This document shows, one piece after another, positions 32,518-41,740 of a stretch of DNA of 64,000 nucleotides. Numbering within the stretch: the first letter of the stretch is position 1; each line of letters starts with the position of its first letter. Both the position numbers and the translations under genes were made by a program. The notes below the pieces were generated by a model, which was not told the origin of the DNA, ran no database searches, and was given only the letters and a program-made list of their open reading frames with translations. This stretch comes from Candidatus Methylomirabilia bacterium (lineage in GTDB: Bacteria > Methylomirabilota > Methylomirabilia > Rokubacteriales > CSP1-6): assembly GCA_041492755.1 (NCBI GenBank), contig JBGPXN010000003.1:1-64000 (forward strand), written 5' to 3'.

Positions 32518-33539
32518 TGGCGGACCGGCGCGTGCGGGCAGGGGTGGTCGGCGTCGGTCACATGGGGGGGTATCACGTCCTCGTCTACAAGGGGCTCTGG
32601 GACGTCGACCTCGTCGGCGTGGTGGACATCGACGCGGACCGCGCGCGCGAAGTCGCCGCGCACTACGACACGCGCGTGTTCGAGGACCACCGCGACCTCA
32701 TCGGCCGCGTCGACGTCGCGAGCATCGCCGTTCCCACCGAGCAGCACTTCCACGTGGCGCGCGACCTGCTCGAGGCCGGCGTGAGCGTGCTGGTGGAGAA
32801 GCCGATGACGCCCACACTGGAGGAGGCCCGCGAGCTCTTCGCCATCGCCCGTCGTGCCAACGCCGTGCTGCACGTCGGCCACGTGGAGCGCTTCAACGGC
32901 GCCGTCCAGGAGCTCAAGCGGATCGTCGAGCGTCCGGTCCTGATCGAGTCGCGCCGGCTCGGGCCCTTCGTGCCGCGCGTGCAGAAGGACACGGTCGTGA
33001 TGGATCTCATGATCCACGACCTCGACATCGTGCTGGGGCTCGTCAACGCCCGCCCGCTGCGCCTGGCCGCGCAGGGGGTCACCGCCCAATCGGAGGTGGC
33101 CGACGTGGCGACCGTGCAGATCTGGTTCGAGTCGGGGACGATCGCGACCATCACCGCCAGCCGGGCCACCGAGGAGAAAATCCGCACACTCGCCATCACG
33201 CAGCCGGACGCGTACATCCTGCTCGACTACTTCGACCAGGACATCCAGATCCACCGACGGGCCGCGCAGGAGTCGACGGTGAACCGCGAGTCCATCCGGT
33301 ACCGGCAGGCCTCGTTCGTCGAGCACGTGGTGGTGCACAAGGACAACCCGCTCAAGCTCGAGATCCAGCACCTCATCCGGTCGGTGCAACGCCGGCAGGC
33401 CGGAGAAGCCGTGGAGCTTGCGGAAGCGGAGGATCTCCGATCGCTGGCGCTGGCGCTGCAGATCGAGCGGATGATCCGGGACGGCGTCTCGGCGGAAGCG
33501 CTGCCACCCGACGGGCTGTGGAGCGCACCCTCGGCCTGA
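32514..33539 (+). CDS. Gfo/Idh/MocA oxidoreductase, GnnA-like (putative UDP-GlcNAc 3-dehydrogenase)
   Basis: GVGHMG, VEKP, VGHVERFN, DLMIHDLD; located between lpxA and lpxI/lpxB. Confidence 0.85.
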   Translation: MMADRRVRAGVVGVGHMGGYHVLVYKGLWDVDLVGVVDIDADRAREVAAHYDTRVFEDHRDLIGRVDVASIAVPTEQHFHVARDLLEAGVSVLVEKPMTPTLEEARELFAIARRANAVLHVGHVERFNGAVQELKRIVERPVLIESRRLGPFVPRVQKDTVVMDLMIHDLDIVLGLVNARPLRLAAQGVTAQSEVADVATVQIWFESGTIATITASRATEEKIRTLAITQPDAYILLDYFDQDIQIHRRAAQESTVNRESIRYRQASFVEHVVVHKDNPLKLEIQHLIRSVQRRQAGEAVELAEAEDLRSLALALQIERMIRDGVSAEALPPDGLWSAPSA

Positions 33540-34330
33540 TGTGTGGCGCCGGCGCGCTGCCAGCGCGCATGGCGGCCGAGGCGCGGCGCCAGGACTGGCG
33601 CGTGATCGCCTTCACCTTTGGCCCCGCCGTGGGCGTCGATGCTCACGCCGCCCGCGTCATCCCGAGTCGCTTCACCGACATCGGGTCCGTCCTGGCCGCG
33701 CTGCAGGCCGAGGGTGTTTCGGCGGCACTCTTCGCGGGCCGCTTTTCCATGTCCGACGTGCTTCGCGCCGACGCCAACACCGCCGACGCCGTCTCTCGCG
33801 GCGTCGACGCGCGCGCCGGCTCGCGTATCGACGCCAAGCTGGTTCAGGTGGTGATCGCCACGCTGGCGGGCTTGGGTGTCGAGGTGCTCGATCAGCGCGG
33901 CTTCGCGGGCGGCTGGCTCCCCGGGGCCGGCTGCTGGACGCGCCGCGCGCCGTCGGACGCCGAGTGGAGGGACGTCCGGCGGGGCCTCGAGATCGCTCGC
34001 GTCCTCGCCGACGCACGCATCGGTCAGACGGTCGTGGTGCGCCACGGCGCCGTCGCCGCGGTGGAAGCGGTCGAGGGGACGAGCGAGGCGATCCGCCGGG
34101 GCACCGCCCTCGCGGGCGCGGGTGCGGTGGTGGTCAAAGCGGTGGCCCGCGATCACGATTACCGCTTCGACATGCCGGCGATTGGTCCCGAGACCGTGGA
34201 GGTGGCCGCCGCGGGCGGCGCGATGGTGGTGGCGATGGAGGCCGACCGCGTCCTCCTCACGGAACCCGAGGCGACCATCCACGCCGCCGATGCGGCCGGG
34301 ATCGCCCTCGTCGGCGTCGGCGCGCCGTGA
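33518..34330 (+). CDS. lpxI: LpxI family UDP-2,3-diacylglucosamine diphosphatase
   Basis: GLMCGAGALP, IGQTVVV, AVEAVEGT..AIRR, DYRFDMPAIG. Confidence 0.88.
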   Translation: MERTLGLMCGAGALPARMAAEARRQDWRVIAFTFGPAVGVDAHAARVIPSRFTDIGSVLAALQAEGVSAALFAGRFSMSDVLRADANTADAVSRGVDARAGSRIDAKLVQVVIATLAGLGVEVLDQRGFAGGWLPGAGCWTRRAPSDAEWRDVRRGLEIARVLADARIGQTVVVRHGAVAAVEAVEGTSEAIRRGTALAGAGAVVVKAVARDHDYRFDMPAIGPETVEVAAAGGAMVVAMEADRVLLTEPEATIHAADAAGIALVGVGAP

Positions 34331-35475
34331 CGACCTCGCGGCCGTCGCTCATGGTCGTAGCTGGCGAAGCGTCCGGCGATCACCACGGCGCCGCGCTCTG
34401 TCGCGCTCTCGCCGAGCAAGCCCCCGGCGCCCGGGTGTTCGGGATGGGCGGGCCGGCCATGGCCGCGGCGGGCGCGCAGCTGCTGGCCGACGTCAGCCGC
34501 CGCGCGGTGGTCGGGGCGAGTGAAGCGGTCGGCGGTGTTCCCGCGCTCTACCGGACGTATCGGCGACTCCGCGGCGAGCTCGAGCGGCAGCGGCCCGCCG
34601 CGCTCGTGGTCATCGATTTTCCCGAGTTTAATCTCCGTCTCGCTGCCGCCGCCCAGCGCATCGGCGTGCCCGTGATCTACTTCGTTCCGCCCCAGATCTG
34701 GGCCTGGCGGGGCTGGCGCATGCGGACAATACGCCGGCTCGTCTCGCTCGTCCTCGCGGTCTTCCCGTTCGAACCCGCCCTCTACCGCGCCGCCGGCGTC
34801 CGGGTGGAGTTCGTGGGCCACCCGCTGCTCGACACGCTGGCGAGCGCGCCGCCGCGCGCGGCGGCGCGGGCCGAGCTCGCGCTGCCGGCCGACGCGCTCG
34901 TGATCGGGCTGTTGCCGGGAAGCCGGCGCGCGGAAGTCTCCCGCATGGCGCCGCTGCTCGCCGCGACGGCGTGCCGCATCGCCAGCGTGTATCCCGGTGC
35001 CCGCTTCGTCGTCGGGCTGGCGCCGACCGTCGATGCCGGGCTGCTGACCGGGCACATCGGAACGACCGCCATGCAGGTCGTAGCCAACCGCGCATACACG
35101 GTCATGCGAGCGGCGGACGTGTTGCTTGTCACCTCGGGCACGGCGACGCTCGAAGCCGCGCTCCTGGGAACACCGATGGTGGTCGGCTATCGCGTGTCGT
35201 TGGTGACGGAAGCGCTCGGACACTGGCTGCTTCGTGTCCCGTGGATCAGCCTGGCCAACATCATCCTCGGTCGCGGCGCCGTTCCCGAGTTCTTCGAGCG
35301 CTCCAGCACGACTGACGACCGCCTGGCCGACGCGGTCCTCGCGCTCCTGCGCGACGCGCCGGCGCGCGAGGCCCAGCGTGCCGCGTTCCGCGAGGTCGCC
35401 GCACTGCTTGGCGAGCCCGGCGTGGGGGCCCGGGCAGCCCGGCTGGTGCTCGCCGCCGCGGGGAACGCCGCATGA
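34327..35475 (+). CDS. lpxB: Lipid-A-disaccharide synthase
   Basis: VAGEASGD, IDFPEFN, PQIWAWR, VGHPL, LLPGSR, SGTATLE. Confidence 0.96.
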   Translation: MTTSRPSLMVVAGEASGDHHGAALCRALAEQAPGARVFGMGGPAMAAAGAQLLADVSRRAVVGASEAVGGVPALYRTYRRLRGELERQRPAALVVIDFPEFNLRLAAAAQRIGVPVIYFVPPQIWAWRGWRMRTIRRLVSLVLAVFPFEPALYRAAGVRVEFVGHPLLDTLASAPPRAAARAELALPADALVIGLLPGSRRAEVSRMAPLLAATACRIASVYPGARFVVGLAPTVDAGLLTGHIGTTAMQVVANRAYTVMRAADVLLVTSGTATLEAALLGTPMVVGYRVSLVTEALGHWLLRVPWISLANIILGRGAVPEFFERSSTTDDRLADAVLALLRDAPAREAQRAAFREVAALLGEPGVGARAARLVLAAAGNAA

Positions 35476-36131
35476 ACGCGCTGGTGCCGCACGTGGCCGC
35501 GGGGCTCGTGCGTCTGCTCGGACCGACGTTGCGATTGCGGATGAGCGGACTGGAGCCGTTGCTGCCACTGTGGGCGGGACGCCGCCCGCTGATCTACGCC
35601 GTGTGGCACGGACGCATCCTCATGCTGCCCTGGCTCAACGGCCGGCTACGACGGTCGCACGGAGTCCGGGCGCCCCGTGTCCTGGCCAGCCGTTCGAGGG
35701 ACGGCGAGATGGTGGCGCGCTTTTCGGCGGCGTTCGGGCTCCAGGCCGTGCGCGGATCGTCGTCGCGCGGCGGCGCGCTCGCGCTGCGAGCGCTCGCGAA
35801 GGCGGTGCGGGCCGGTGAAGACGTCGCCCTCGTGCCCGACGGGCCGCGCGGGCCTGCCCACGAGCTGCAGCCAGGCGTCGTCACGCTGGCGACGATGACG
35901 GCGGCGCCAGTAGTGCCGCTGGCGTTCGCGGCGTATCCCGCGCGCCGGTTCCGGAGCTGGGACCGCTTCCTGGTGCCGTTGCCCTTCGCCCGCTGCGCCG
36001 CCGTGTTCGGCGCCCCGCTGACGTTCGAGGCGGGGGCGGACCGCGAGCTCGCGCGGAAGACGCTGCAGACCGCGCTCGACGATGCGACGGCGGAGGCCGA
36101 GCGGCTGGTGGCACGGTCCAGCCGGCGATGA
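35472..36131 (+). CDS. DUF374 family lysophospholipid acyltransferase-like protein
   Basis: WHGR, SRSRDGE, RGSSSRGG, PDGPRGP, SWDRF.VP.PF. Confidence 0.88.
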   Translation: MNALVPHVAAGLVRLLGPTLRLRMSGLEPLLPLWAGRRPLIYAVWHGRILMLPWLNGRLRRSHGVRAPRVLASRSRDGEMVARFSAAFGLQAVRGSSSRGGALALRALAKAVRAGEDVALVPDGPRGPAHELQPGVVTLATMTAAPVVPLAFAAYPARRFRSWDRFLVPLPFARCAAVFGAPLTFEAGADRELARKTLQTALDDATAEAERLVARSSRR

Positions 36132-37417
36132 GCGCTCCCGTCATCCACGCCTGCTACACGGCCGGCCTCACCGTCGCGCTCGCGGCCTACGCGCCCGTGG
36201 CCGTCTACCGGCGGCTGACGCGCGGGGTGCGTATGAACCTGCGCGAGCGGTTTGGTCTCGGCGCCACCGCCGGGACCGGGCGCTGCGGGTGGATCCACGC
36301 CGTCTCGGTGGGCGAGGCGCTGGCCGCGGCGCCGCTGGTGGATGGCTTGCGCCGCGCCTATCCCGAGCTGCCGCTCGTGGTCACCACCGTGACGGAGACG
36401 GGCGCGCGTATCGTGCGGGAGCGGTTCGCGGGCGCGGCGACGCATCGCTTTTTCCCGCTCGACTTCCCCGGCGCCGCGCGGCGCGTGGTGGCGGCGCTCG
36501 ATCCGCTGTTCCTCGTGTGCATGGAGACGGAGATCTGGCCAAACACGCTGCGCACCGTCGCCAATCGTGGCGTGCCGGTCATGATCGCCAATGGACGGCT
36601 CTCCGATCGCTCGTTCCCGGGCTACCGGCGCGTGCGGCGGTTCTTGCGACCCGTGTTGGAGTACGTCCGGGTCTTCGGCATGCGTTCGGAAGAGGACGCG
36701 CGGCGAATGATCGCGCTCGGCGCGCCGCCCGAGCGCGTGTTCGTCACCGGCAACCTCAAGCACGAGCCGATGCCGGACGCGGCCGGGATCACCGACCTCT
36801 GGCGCCGGCTGCTCGGGCTGGCCCCGCACCAGCCGCTATGGATCGCCGGCAGCACGCACGAGGGCGAGGAAGGGGTCGTGCTCGATGCGCACCGGCGCGT
36901 GCGCGCCGACCATCCCGATCTCGTGCTCGCCATCGCGCCCCGCCGGCCGGAGCGGGTGGACGACGTCGTGAGGCTGGTCGAGGCGCGCGGGTGGAAGGCG
37001 ACGCGACGGAGCGAGCTGCCGCGAACGGGACCGCGATCCGAAGTGATCGTCGTCGATACCGTGGGCGAGCTGGCGCAGATGTACACGGTGGCCGAGGTGA
37101 TCTTCGTGGGCGGCAGTCTGGTTCCCCGGGGCGGCCACAACATGATCGAGGCGGCGCTCCGCAGCAAGCCGACCCTCTATGGTCCGCACACGACGAACTT
37201 CCGCGAGGCGGCCGCGCTGCTCGTCGACGCCGGCGCGGCCGCCATCGTCCGTGATGCGGCCGAGCTCGCCCGCATCCTCGGTCAGTTGCTTGCCGATCCC
37301 GAGGGCCGCGCGCGGTGGGGGGCGTCCGGCTACGCGGCGGTGGCGGCACGCCACGGCGCGGTGAGAGAGACGCTCGGTCTGATCGACCGGTTCCTGATGC
37401 CGCGGGCCGCGCGATGA
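36128..37417 (+). CDS. waaA: Kdo transferase
   Basis: WIHAVSVGE, ETEIWPN, NGRLS, GNLK, GSTH, GGSL..GGHN. Confidence 0.95.
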   Translation: MSAPVIHACYTAGLTVALAAYAPVAVYRRLTRGVRMNLRERFGLGATAGTGRCGWIHAVSVGEALAAAPLVDGLRRAYPELPLVVTTVTETGARIVRERFAGAATHRFFPLDFPGAARRVVAALDPLFLVCMETEIWPNTLRTVANRGVPVMIANGRLSDRSFPGYRRVRRFLRPVLEYVRVFGMRSEEDARRMIALGAPPERVFVTGNLKHEPMPDAAGITDLWRRLLGLAPHQPLWIAGSTHEGEEGVVLDAHRRVRADHPDLVLAIAPRRPERVDDVVRLVEARGWKATRRSELPRTGPRSEVIVVDTVGELAQMYTVAEVIFVGGSLVPRGGHNMIEAALRSKPTLYGPHTTNFREAAALLVDAGAAAIVRDAAELARILGQLLADPEGRARWGASGYAAVAARHGAVRETLGLIDRFLMPRAAR

Positions 37418-38511
37418 GCCGCGAGCGGGCCGCCGCCCGCCTGCTCCACGGATGGGAACACGGGTTCCCGCCCGGCCCTGGCCTCGTCATGACGGCGCTA
37501 TCCGGGGGCTATCGCTCACTGCTGGGCGCCCGCGAATGGCTCTACGGCCGCCACGTGCTCCACTCGCGGGCGCTGCCGTGCCCGGTCGTCTCCATCGGCA
37601 ACCTGACCGTCGGTGGAACGGGAAAAACGCCCGCGGTGGAGCTGGCGGTCCGCACGCTCGCGGATCTCGGTCACCATCCGGCGGTCATCAGCCGGGGATA
37701 CCGGCGCCGTTCGAGCGGCGTGCAGATCGTGGCGGACACCGCGTCGATCCGGCTGGACCCGGAAGACGCGGGGGACGAGCCGTTCCTGCTCGCGCGGAGA
37801 TTGCCCGGCGTGCCCGTCGTGGTCGGTAGCCATCGGTACGAAGCCGCGCGGGTCGCCGTGGACCGCTTCGGCGCCACCGCGATCGTGCTGGACGACGGCT
37901 TTCAGCACCGGACGCTGCACAAGGACCTCGAAGTGGTGATGGTCCGCGCCGAGCGGCCGTGGGGCAACGGTCGCCTCCTCCCGAGCGGCCCCCTGCGCGA
38001 GCCGCTGGCGGCGCTCGCCCGCGCGCACCTGGTTCTCGCGACCGGCCTCGCGGAGCCGGTGGACCTCGGCGCCGTGTCGGCGACCGTAGCCCGTTACGCC
38101 CCCGGTGTCCCGGTGCTCGCGGCTCGATACGCCGCGGTCGAATGCTGGGAGGCGTCCCGCATGCGGACGGTGGCGTTGGCGCAGCTCTCGGGCCAGCGCC
38201 TGCTCGGCTTTGCCGGTATCGCGAGCCCGAGGGCGTTCCGCGCCACCCTCGACACGCTCGGCGTGGCCGCATCGGAGCTGGTGATTTTTGCCGATCACCA
38301 CTGGTATACGGCGGCCGACGTGGGCGCGCTCGACACGCGCGCGGAACGGGCGGGCGCCGACGGCCTCGTCACCACCGAAAAGGACTGGGTGCGGCTGCGC
38401 ACCTTGCCGTTACCGGGCCGCCCGCTCTACGTCGTGAGCGTGCGGTTGGAGTTCGTCGCCGGCGAGGACGGCTGGCGCCGCGCCTTCGAGGACGCGTGCC
38501 CGACTCGCTGA
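37414..38511 (+). CDS. lpxK: Tetraacyldisaccharide 4'-kinase
   Basis: GNLTVGGTGKTP, SRGY, GDEP, LDDGFQH, LPSGPLRE, TTEKD. Confidence 0.95.
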   Translation: MSRERAAARLLHGWEHGFPPGPGLVMTALSGGYRSLLGAREWLYGRHVLHSRALPCPVVSIGNLTVGGTGKTPAVELAVRTLADLGHHPAVISRGYRRRSSGVQIVADTASIRLDPEDAGDEPFLLARRLPGVPVVVGSHRYEAARVAVDRFGATAIVLDDGFQHRTLHKDLEVVMVRAERPWGNGRLLPSGPLREPLAALARAHLVLATGLAEPVDLGAVSATVARYAPGVPVLAARYAAVECWEASRMRTVALAQLSGQRLLGFAGIASPRAFRATLDTLGVAASELVIFADHHWYTAADVGALDTRAERAGADGLVTTEKDWVRLRTLPLPGRPLYVVSVRLEFVAGEDGWRRAFEDACPTR

Positions 38512-39509
38512 TCGTGCGGCTGCCGAACTGGCTCGGCGACACCGTCATGGCGGTCCCGACGTTGCGTGCCCTGCGCGAGGCGTATCCCGACGGGCGCGCG
38601 GCGCTGGCCGGACCGTGGGCGCCGCTCCTGGCGGGGCAGGGGCTGGCGGATACCCTGGTCACGTATCCGCGCGCGTGGCTCGGCCGGTTGCGCATGGCGG
38701 ACGCGGTGGGCGCGCTCGGCGCCGACGTCGCGCTGGTGCTTCCCAACTCGTTCGAGGCGGCGCTGGCGGCGCGCTACTGGGGCGCCCGCCGTCGCGTCGG
38801 GTTCGCGACGGGCGGGCGGCGCCGCCTGCTGACGGACCCGGTGGCCCTGCCGTTTCCACGCCGGCATCAGATCGACGAGTATCTCTCGCTGCTGGCGCCG
38901 CTCGGCGTGCCGGCCGCGGACGCGACGCCACGGCTCTCGCCACCCGAGCCGCAGTCGGAGGCGCGACGCGCGGCGCGCGCGCTGCTGGATGAAGTCGGCG
39001 CCACGGCCGGAGCCCCCCTCGTCGGCGTTCACCTGGGTGCGGCGTTCGGCGCCTCGAAGATCTGGCCCGCCGAGCACGTGGCCGCGTTCTGTGCCGAGGT
39101 CGGGGGCGCCGGGGCCGTTTCTGTGCTCCTCGGCACCACCGCCGACCGACCGCGCGCCGCCGAAGTGATGCGCCCCGCGCCGGTGCCGAGCCTCGTCGGC
39201 CGCGATCGGCCCGAGATGCTGACGGCACTGCTCGCGGAACTCGACGTGCTCGTGTGCGGTGACACCGGCGTCGGCCACCTCGCGGCCGCGCTCGGCATTC
39301 CAGTGGTTGCGCTGTTCGGGCCGACCGATCCTAGGCTGACCGCGCCGCGTGGTCGGGGGGAGGTCCTCGCGCATCCCGTGCCGTGCGCGCCGTGTTTCCT
39401 GCGTGCGTGCCCCATCGAGCACCCGTGTCTGCGCGGGCTCGCCCCGGCCCTGGTGGCGGAGCGCGCGCTCGCGCTGGTGGCCGCGGACACCGGAGGCCCA
39501 CGTCGGTGA
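38496..39509 (+). CDS. waaF: LPS heptosyltransferase II (GT9)
   Basis: RLPNWLGDTVMA, LPNSF, GAAFGASK.W, DTG..HLAAALG, CAPC..C..C. Confidence 0.88.
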   Translation: MPDSLIVRLPNWLGDTVMAVPTLRALREAYPDGRAALAGPWAPLLAGQGLADTLVTYPRAWLGRLRMADAVGALGADVALVLPNSFEAALAARYWGARRRVGFATGGRRRLLTDPVALPFPRRHQIDEYLSLLAPLGVPAADATPRLSPPEPQSEARRAARALLDEVGATAGAPLVGVHLGAAFGASKIWPAEHVAAFCAEVGGAGAVSVLLGTTADRPRAAEVMRPAPVPSLVGRDRPEMLTALLAELDVLVCGDTGVGHLAAALGIPVVALFGPTDPRLTAPRGRGEVLAHPVPCAPCFLRACPIEHPCLRGLAPALVAERALALVAADTGGPRR

Positions 39510-40621
39510 GCGGCCTGACCGTGCTGCACCTCGCCACCAATCGCTGGTGGACCGGCAGCGCGGATCCGGTGCTCCAGCTCGTCGCCGGGTTGCGCGGCCT
39601 CGGTCATCGCGCGCTGCTGGCCGTCACGCCCGGCGACCGGTTCGAGACGAAAGCGCGGGAAGCCGGTGTCGACCCGCTGCCGGGGTTTCGGCTGGAGGCC
39701 CGGCTCGCGCCGGTGAGCGTCGCCCGCGATCTCCGCCTGCTCCGTCACGTGATCGAGCAGGAGGGCGTCGACGTGGTCCATGCCCACCACTCCCACGATC
39801 ACTGGCTCGCGCTGGCCGCGACACGACCGAGGCGTGGACGCCCGGTGCCGGTGGCGCGGACGTTCCACAATCACCGGGCGGTCAAGCGCGACTGGGCGTC
39901 CCGCTGGCTCTACCGTCGGACGGCCGCCGTGTTCGCGGTGTCGCGTCAGATCGAGGCGCGCTGCCGCACGGCGGGCCTGGCCGCGGCGTCGGTGTTCTGG
40001 ATCCCCGGTGTCGTCGATCTGTCGCGGTTCCAGTCGGGCGGCGATCCCGCGCCGATCCGCGAGGAGCTCAAGCTGGGGGCGGCGCCGGTGATCGCCTGCG
40101 TCTCCCGTCTGGCCGCCAACCGCGGCCACGAGCTGCTGCTCGAGGGGTTTCGTCGCTTGCTCGCCACGCTGCCCGAGGCGCGGCTGCTGATCGTCGGCAA
40201 GGGCGAGACGCGCCCACGGCTCGAGCAGCTCGTGGCCGAGATGGAGCTGACCGACCGGGTGGTGTTCACCGGCTATCGCGATCGTGATCTCCCGCTCGTG
40301 CTGGCGGCAGCCGACTGCTTCGCGCTGATGGGCGCGGGATCCGACGAATCGTGTCGGGCGGCGCTCGAAGCCATGGCCGCGGGCCGGCCCGTCGTGGCCC
40401 GAAACGTCGGCGCGCTCCCGGAGACCGTCGTTGACGGGGAGACGGGCCTGCTCGTCGCCGACGATACCCCCGAGGCCGTGGCCACCGCGCTCGGCGCCGT
40501 CCTGCGCGACCGTGCGCGTGCGGAGCGCATGGGCGCGGCGGGCCGGCGACGCGCCGAGACGGAGTACGATCCGCTGCGCGCGGTGACGATCGTCGAAGCA
40601 GCGTACCGGCGCCTGGTATGA
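39506..40621 (+). CDS. GT4 family glycosyltransferase
   Basis: GTGA overlap; HAHH, RL..RG, VFTGYR, LEAMAAGRPVV, G..GRRRA. Confidence 0.9.
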   Translation: MSGLTVLHLATNRWWTGSADPVLQLVAGLRGLGHRALLAVTPGDRFETKAREAGVDPLPGFRLEARLAPVSVARDLRLLRHVIEQEGVDVVHAHHSHDHWLALAATRPRRGRPVPVARTFHNHRAVKRDWASRWLYRRTAAVFAVSRQIEARCRTAGLAAASVFWIPGVVDLSRFQSGGDPAPIREELKLGAAPVIACVSRLAANRGHELLLEGFRRLLATLPEARLLIVGKGETRPRLEQLVAEMELTDRVVFTGYRDRDLPLVLAAADCFALMGAGSDESCRAALEAMAAGRPVVARNVGALPETVVDGETGLLVADDTPEAVATALGAVLRDRARAERMGAAGRRRAETEYDPLRAVTIVEAAYRRLV

Positions 40622-41733
40622 GGGTCCTGCACCTCATGTCCTGCCGGGGCTGGTCGTCCGACGCGTACTGGACGGCGCGCGCGGCGCGTGAGCTGGCGCG
40701 GCGCGGCCACGAGGTCGCCGTCGGCTGCCGGGCCGGCACCGAAGAACGTGTGATCAGGCGGCTCCGCGCCGAAGGCGTCGAGCGCACCGAGACGTTCGCG
40801 TTCTCCAGCGGGCTCAAGCCCGGGGCCGACGTCGCCGATCTCCGCCGGCTGCTCGGGTGGCTGCCGCGAACGGACATCGTCCACGTGCATCGCGGCAAGG
40901 AGCACTGGCTGGCCGCGGCGGCGAACCGCTTGAGTCGGTCGCCGCGTCCCGTCGTCCGTACGCGCCACATCGCGCAGGCCGTACGTCCGCACGCGGCCAA
41001 TCGCTGGCTCTATGGCCAGGCCACCGCGCTCGTGCTCACGGTGACCGAGGCGATCCGGCGTCAATACCTCGCGGCCGGGCTCGTGGCGCCGGACCGCGTG
41101 GTGACCGTTCACGGGGGCGCCGACGGCGACGGGTACCCCACGGCCGGCCGGGACGACGGTGTGCGGCGCGCGCTGGGCGCCGCTCCCGGTGAGCTGCTGA
41201 TCGGCGTGGTCGGCGGGCTGCGCGTCATGAAGGGACATCGTATCGTGATCGACGCCGCGGCCATGCTCACGGCGCGCGGGCATCGGCCGCGATGGGCGTT
41301 CGTGGGACAGGGCAGCATGGAACGGGCGCTCACCGAGGCGATCCGGGCGAAGAAGCTCGACGGCCACGTGACCATGACGGGGTTTGTCGCCGATCTGCCC
41401 GCCGTGATGCGCGCGCTCGACGTTGCGCTCTACGTCCCGCTCGAGTCCGACGGCATGTCCCGGGTGCTCTTCGAATATCTCGCCGCCGGCCGCGCCGTCG
41501 TCGCGTCCCGGGTCGGCGCCGTGCCCGAGACGCTCACGGACGGTGATCACGCGCTGCTGGTCCCGGCCGGCGACGCGCCGGCGCTCGCCCTGGCGATCGA
41601 GTGGCTGCTTCCCGATGCCGGGTTACGGGCGCGACTGGGCGAAGCGGGCCGGCGCCTGGTGCTCGAGCGGTATTCGGGCGCCCGGGTGGCGGCCACGCTC
41701 GAGACGCACTACGCGCGGCTCGCCGCCTCCTGA
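40618..41733 (+). CDS. GT4 family glycosyltransferase
   Basis: VRTRH, KGH, EYLAAGRAVVASRVG, LGEAGRR. Confidence 0.9.
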   Translation: MRVLHLMSCRGWSSDAYWTARAARELARRGHEVAVGCRAGTEERVIRRLRAEGVERTETFAFSSGLKPGADVADLRRLLGWLPRTDIVHVHRGKEHWLAAAANRLSRSPRPVVRTRHIAQAVRPHAANRWLYGQATALVLTVTEAIRRQYLAAGLVAPDRVVTVHGGADGDGYPTAGRDDGVRRALGAAPGELLIGVVGGLRVMKGHRIVIDAAAMLTARGHRPRWAFVGQGSMERALTEAIRAKKLDGHVTMTGFVADLPAVMRALDVALYVPLESDGMSRVLFEYLAAGRAVVASRVGAVPETLTDGDHALLVPAGDAPALALAIEWLLPDAGLRARLGEAGRRLVLERYSGARVAATLETHYARLAAS

Positions 41734-41740
41734 GACCGGC

